From assembly GCA_039916325.1 (NCBI GenBank), contig JBDSLP010000168.1, positions 1,100 to 65,099 of the forward strand: a DNA stretch of 64,000 bases, written 5' to 3'. Below are positions 59,891 through 64,000 of this stretch, in pieces; position 1 is the first letter of the stretch, and each line of letters starts with the position of its first letter. Below the pieces are notes generated by a model that saw only the letters and a list, made by a program, of their open reading frames with translations, had not been told where the DNA came from and did no database searches. The translations under genes and the position numbers were made by a program. This DNA is from Nakamurella sp. GTDB taxonomy: Bacteria; Actinomycetota; Actinomycetes; Mycobacteriales; Nakamurellaceae.

Positions 59891-60361
59891 GTGCCGGCGT
59901 TCGTCCTGCAGCTCACCCGGGTCGGGTTCCTGATCCTGTTGTGGTTCTTCATCTTCGCCGCGATCCGGACCATCCGGGCCGACATCCGGGTGCTCGCGAC
60001 CAACGAACCCCGTGACACCAAGCGGGCCCGCCGCGAGCGCGCGGTCGCCGCCCAGCCGATGCAGTCCGGTCCCCCACGGTTGTTGACGGTGACCGCAGGC
60101 CACCTGTCCGGCACCCGGATCGAGCTCACCGGCGCGCCGATCCTGATCGGCCGGGCGGACGATTCGACGCTGATGCTGGACGACGACTACGCCTCGACCC
60201 GACACGCCCGGCTCACTCTCCAGGGCAACAGTTACTGGCTCGAGGACCTCGGGTCGACCAACGGCACCTACCTGGACCGGACGAGGGTGAGTACCCCCGT
60301 GCCCATCCCGGCCCTCACCCCGATCCGTATCGGACGTACGGTCTTCGAGCTGCGGCCGTGA
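59891..60361 (+). CDS. fhaB: FHA-domain membrane protein FhaB/FipA
   Basis: GTG 59891. N-terminal TM LTRVGFLILLWFFIFAAI, C-terminal FHA (IGRADDSTLMLDDDYASTRHARL...DLGSTNGTY). Confidence 0.9.
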   Translation: MPAFVLQLTRVGFLILLWFFIFAAIRTIRADIRVLATNEPRDTKRARRERAVAAQPMQSGPPRLLTVTAGHLSGTRIELTGAPILIGRADDSTLMLDDDYASTRHARLTLQGNSYWLEDLGSTNGTYLDRTRVSTPVPIPALTPIRIGRTVFELRP

Positions 60362-60377
60362 GCGGCGAGGCCCACGG

Positions 60378-62024
60378 ATGACCCACACCCTGCGCTACGC
60401 GGCGCGGACCGATCGTGGTCTGCTGCGCGCCAACAACCAGGACTCGGTCTTCGCCGGCAACCGCATCCTCGTGGTCGCCGACGGAATGGGCGGTCACGTT
60501 GCCGGCGACACCGCCTCCCGGCTCGCCGTCGCCGCGTTCGCACCGCTGGACCGGTACGAGCCCAACGGCCGTGACCTGCTGTCGCCGCTCGAGCACGCCA
60601 CCGAAGACGGCAACGAGGCCATCGCGGGCATGGTCGTCGACAATCCCGAGCTCGACGGCATGGGCACCACGGTGACGGCGCTGATGTTCGACGGCCCCCG
60701 TCTCGGCGTCGCCCACGTAGGCGACTCCCGCGCCTACCTGTGGCGCGGCGGGGTGCTCTCGCAGATCACCCACGACGACACCTTCGTCCAATCACTCATC
60801 GACGAGGGCCGCATCACCGAGACCGAGGCCGCCCAGCATCCGCAGCGCTCGCTGCTGCTGCGCGCGCTGAACGGCACCGACGTCGAGCCGAAGCTGTCGA
60901 TGCGTGAAGCCCGGGTCGGTGACCGCTACCTGATCTGCTCCGACGGGCTTTCCGGGGTGATCTCCGCCGAGGCCATCGCCGACACCCTGGCCAGCTACGA
61001 GACCTCCGAGGCGGCCGACCGGTTGATCGAACTGGCCCTGCGAGGGGGCGGCCCGGACAACGTGACGGTTGTCGTCGCCGACGTCGTCGACGTCGGACAC
61101 ACGCCGACCCTGGAGTCCGAGCCCGCCACCCCGCTGGACGTCGACGCCACCGGCCCACTGGAACAGATGCGGTTCACCAAGCGGATGCCGCGGGTGGCGT
61201 TGCCCCGCGAACCCGACGTGGCCGGCCTCGCTGCCCGGGCCGCCGCGGCCGAGGCCGCCGGCCGCAGCTTCACCGAGCCCATCACCAGCCCGAACCGCCT
61301 GGGACCTGACGCCCCGGCCACCGACCCGCGCCCCGCCGACCTCGACGACGAGGACGACGACCTCGACCTCGACGACCTCGACGACTTCGAGCTGGGCGAC
61401 GATCACGACGAGGCCGATCCAGGCCGCAGACGCACGACCCGCACCGTCGCGCCACCCAGCCGGGCCCGCCGCTGGATCCGCCGGCTCGGCTTCGCTGTCG
61501 CCGTGGTGGCGCTGCTGATGATCGGGGGGGTCCTGGGCGTGAACTGGGTCGGCAACCAGTACTACGTCGGCGACAACAACGGCCAGGTCGCGGTGTTCCG
61601 CGGTGTCGACGGCTCGGTGCTCGGTATCGATCTGTCCAGCGCCCAGGAGGGTTCCTGCTGGAGCCCCACCCCGGGCTGCGTGCCGCTGCACACGACCGAT
61701 CTGGTACCGGCCGCCCGCAATCAGGTCATCGCCGGCATCCCGGCCGGCGACCTGCAGAGCGCCCGGGAGATCCTGCTGCGCCTGGACGCTCGCAAACTGC
61801 CGCTGTGCTCGACGTTCACGGCCACGACACCGACCGGCCCGGCCACATCGAACCCCGCACCGACGACGGCACCGACCACCGACCCGGCGGCCGCCACCGA
61901 CCCCGCCGCCACGGGAGAGCAGCCGCCCGTGGTCTCCGAGGCGCTGCCCACCACTCCCGCCCTGTCGGCCACTACGCTGTCGGCCCAGACCGCCCAGCCC
62001 GACATCAACTGCCGGGTCGGCTGA
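60378..62024 (+). CDS. pstP: PP2C-family Ser/Thr phosphatase PstP
   Basis: RTDRGLLRANNQDS, VADGMGGH, GTTVTAL, CSDGLS and GGPDNVT PP2C motifs, then a TM segment and Pro/Thr-rich extracellular tail. Confidence 0.93.
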   Translation: MTHTLRYAARTDRGLLRANNQDSVFAGNRILVVADGMGGHVAGDTASRLAVAAFAPLDRYEPNGRDLLSPLEHATEDGNEAIAGMVVDNPELDGMGTTVTALMFDGPRLGVAHVGDSRAYLWRGGVLSQITHDDTFVQSLIDEGRITETEAAQHPQRSLLLRALNGTDVEPKLSMREARVGDRYLICSDGLSGVISAEAIADTLASYETSEAADRLIELALRGGGPDNVTVVVADVVDVGHTPTLESEPATPLDVDATGPLEQMRFTKRMPRVALPREPDVAGLAARAAAAEAAGRSFTEPITSPNRLGPDAPATDPRPADLDDEDDDLDLDDLDDFELGDDHDEADPGRRRTTRTVAPPSRARRWIRRLGFAVAVVALLMIGGVLGVNWVGNQYYVGDNNGQVAVFRGVDGSVLGIDLSSAQEGSCWSPTPGCVPLHTTDLVPAARNQVIAGIPAGDLQSAREILLRLDARKLPLCSTFTATTPTGPATSNPAPTTAPTTDPAAATDPAATGEQPPVVSEALPTTPALSATTLSAQTAQPDINCRVG

Positions 62025-63550
62025 TGACCACCCGCAGCAGCACCGGTGCACGCATCCGGGTCCCGGTCGACGGCCCGCACACCAGCCACCGCCCGCCGAC
62101 CGGACGGGCCGCCGAGCTCGGCCTGCTCGTTCTCGTGGCGATCATCGTGACCAGTGCCTTCACCCTGGTGGAACTCAACCAGAGCCGCGCGGTGTCCTGG
62201 GACCTCGCCTGGTACGGCGGGGCGTTCCTGGCCGTCTTCGCCATCGCGCACTTCATCGTGCGGGTGCTGGCCCCGTTCGCCGATCCGCTGCTGCTGCCGC
62301 TGGTGGCGCTGCTCAACGGGGTCGGTCTGGTGATGATCCACCGGCTCGACCTGGCCGCCGCGGTCAAGGCGACGCTCCGCGGTGACGAGGCGCCCCGGCC
62401 GGAAGCGGTCGCCCAGCTGGTCTGGACCGGCGTCGGGCTCGTGTTCTTCCTGATCGTGCTGATGGTGATCAAGCATCACTCCGTGCTTCGGCAGTACGCC
62501 TACACGCTGGCGCTGGTGGGCCTGGTGTTCCTGGCCACCCCCGCGGTGCTCGGTCTGTTCAGCCGCAGCCTGGCGCCGACCATCAACGGCGCGAACATCT
62601 GGATCCGGGTACCCGGGTTGTTCTCCATCCAGCCCGCCGAATTCACCAAGATCGCGCTGATCGTCTTCGCCGCCTCCTACCTGGCCAGCAAACGGACGGT
62701 GCTGTCCACTGCCGGCCGAAAGGTGCTGGGGCTGGTGCTGCCCCGGGCGCGCGACCTCGGCCCGCTGATGATCGCCGTCGTCGTCGCGCTGGGGGTGATG
62801 TTCTACAGCAAGGATCTCGGCACCGCGCTGCTGCTCTTCGGTGTCTTCCTGGCGATGATCTACTTCGCCACCGGCCGGGCCTCGTGGCTGGTCATCGGCC
62901 TCATCGCGTTCTCCGGCGGAGCCTACGTCGCGTACCTGAACTTCGGCCACGTGCAGGCCCGGGTGAACATCTGGCTGGATCCGTTCGCGGACCCGTACAA
63001 CGACGGTTACCAGCTCGTGCAATCGCTGCTCTCGATGGGCACCGGCGGCATCTTCGGCACCGGGCTCGGGGCCGGCCGTCCGGATTTCGTGCCGTTCGCC
63101 TCCACCGACTTCATCACCGCCGCCCTCGGCGAGGAACTCGGCCTGGTCGGGCTCTCCGCTGTCCTGATGTGCTATCTGATCCTGGCCAGCCGCGGGATGC
63201 GGATCGGGATGGCGGTCCGGGACGATTTCGGCAAGCTGCTGGCCGCCGGGCTCGGCTTCTCGCTGGCGTTCCAGGTCTTCGTGGTCATCGGCGGCGTCAC
63301 CGCGCTGATTCCCCTGACCGGCCTGACCAGCCCGTTCCTGTCCTACGGTGGCTCCAGCCTGCTGGCCAACTACATCTCGCTGGCGCTGCTCCTCCGTATC
63401 TCTGACGCCTCCCGGCGGCCCCGACCCAAGCCCAGGCCGGCCACCCCGTTGGCCGAGGCGATGACTGAGGCGGTTCCGATCAGTGCCCTGAAGAACGCCT
63501 CCGAATCGGCGGCGACCGGCCCGAAGACCCCGCCGGAAGGCAACGGATGA
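62024..63550 (+). CDS. rodA: FtsW/RodA/SpoVE-family peptidoglycan polymerase
   Basis: The ATG shares one base with the pstP stop (TGATG). LLPLVALLNGVGLVMIHRLD, QPAEFTKIALIVF, SDFI-like STDFITAALGEELG, GLTSPFLSYGGSS. Confidence 0.92.
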   Translation: MTTRSSTGARIRVPVDGPHTSHRPPTGRAAELGLLVLVAIIVTSAFTLVELNQSRAVSWDLAWYGGAFLAVFAIAHFIVRVLAPFADPLLLPLVALLNGVGLVMIHRLDLAAAVKATLRGDEAPRPEAVAQLVWTGVGLVFFLIVLMVIKHHSVLRQYAYTLALVGLVFLATPAVLGLFSRSLAPTINGANIWIRVPGLFSIQPAEFTKIALIVFAASYLASKRTVLSTAGRKVLGLVLPRARDLGPLMIAVVVALGVMFYSKDLGTALLLFGVFLAMIYFATGRASWLVIGLIAFSGGAYVAYLNFGHVQARVNIWLDPFADPYNDGYQLVQSLLSMGTGGIFGTGLGAGRPDFVPFASTDFITAALGEELGLVGLSAVLMCYLILASRGMRIGMAVRDDFGKLLAAGLGFSLAFQVFVVIGGVTALIPLTGLTSPFLSYGGSSLLANYISLALLLRISDASRRPRPKPRPATPLAEAMTEAVPISALKNASESAATGPKTPPEGNG

Positions 63551-64000
63551 ACCGCTCCATCCGCCGCGGTTCGACGGCGATCATCGTGCTGGTGGTGGCC
63601 CTGCTGGTCAACATCACCTACATCCAGGTCGTGAAGTCCGCGAGCTACCGCAACGACCCGAACAACAAGCGGATCCTCTACGAGGAAGCCAGCCGGCAAC
63701 GCGGCCAGATCACCGCGGCCGGCGGTGTGGTGCTGGCCCAGTCGCTGGGCTCCGACGACTCCTACCGCTACCAACGGACCTACCCGACCGACCCGGCCGC
63801 GTACGCCGGCCTGACCGGCTATTACTCGCTCATCTACGGCCCGACCCGGATGGAGGCCGCCCAGGACGACCTGCTCTCCGGCAACTCCTCGGACCTCATC
63901 GTCGGTCGCGTCGGTGACTTCCTGACCGGGCGCGATCCCCGCGGCGGCAACGTCGAGCTGACTGTCGTCCCCCGCGTGCAGACGGCCGCCTACCAGGCCC
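63547..64000 (+). CDS. pbpA: Class B penicillin-binding protein PbpA, N-terminal part (runs off the window)
   Basis: ATGA overlap with the rodA stop. MNRSIRRGSTAIIVLVVALLVNITYIQVV...RGQITAAGGVVLA...YRYQRTYP. Position after rodA matches the conserved cluster. Confidence 0.88.
   Translation, partial: MNRSIRRGSTAIIVLVVALLVNITYIQVVKSASYRNDPNNKRILYEEASRQRGQITAAGGVVLAQSLGSDDSYRYQRTYPTDPAAYAGLTGYYSLIYGPTRMEAAQDDLLSGNSSDLIVGRVGDFLTGRDPRGGNVELTVVPRVQTAAYQA

Overview
High-GC actinobacterial chromosomal segment with about 55 protein-coding genes, one tRNA-Leu(CAG), and no rRNA, CRISPR array, transposase or integrase that I can recognise. All product calls rest on reading the supplied ORF translations against remembered family signatures; no searches were run. 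Gene order, left to right: CitE-like lyase / DinB-DUF664 / MaoC; a translationally coupled ABC transporter + histidine kinase + NarL-type regulator; cspA; two tandem paralogous membrane GGDEF cyclases; CoA-transferase / ABM / GuaB1-like; a xi-class GST next to a decayed F420/LLM (fgd-like) pseudogene; a small helical protein + WXG-like/DUF1023 hydrolase pair; a large secreted multi-domain NlpC/P60 wall hydrolase with an unusually long non-coding leader; M13 peptidase; DivIVA-domain protein; AlkA-like glycosylase and endonuclease IV; a two-gene membrane + soluble module; MFS, STAS and hydrolase genes; a GGDEF-EAL protein; sugar-oxidation genes; GH31; recC-recB-recD; a RamB-like regulator divergent from aceA-aceB; an antiporter; and tRNA-Leu followed by the conserved fhaA-fhaB-pstP-rodA-pbpA division cluster. 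The best candidate for a special system is the overlapping pair at 26776-28343, which has the architecture of the Kiwa anti-phage system (4-TM KwaA + DUF4868-type KwaB) and sits between DNA-repair genes and an MFS gene. In the same window recC is split by a 1-nt frameshift. Other points worth a second look are the orphan type-VII-substrate-like pair, the possible c-di-AMP (ydaO-type) leader upstream of the wall hydrolase, the fgd-like pseudogene, and several intergenic tandem repeats.
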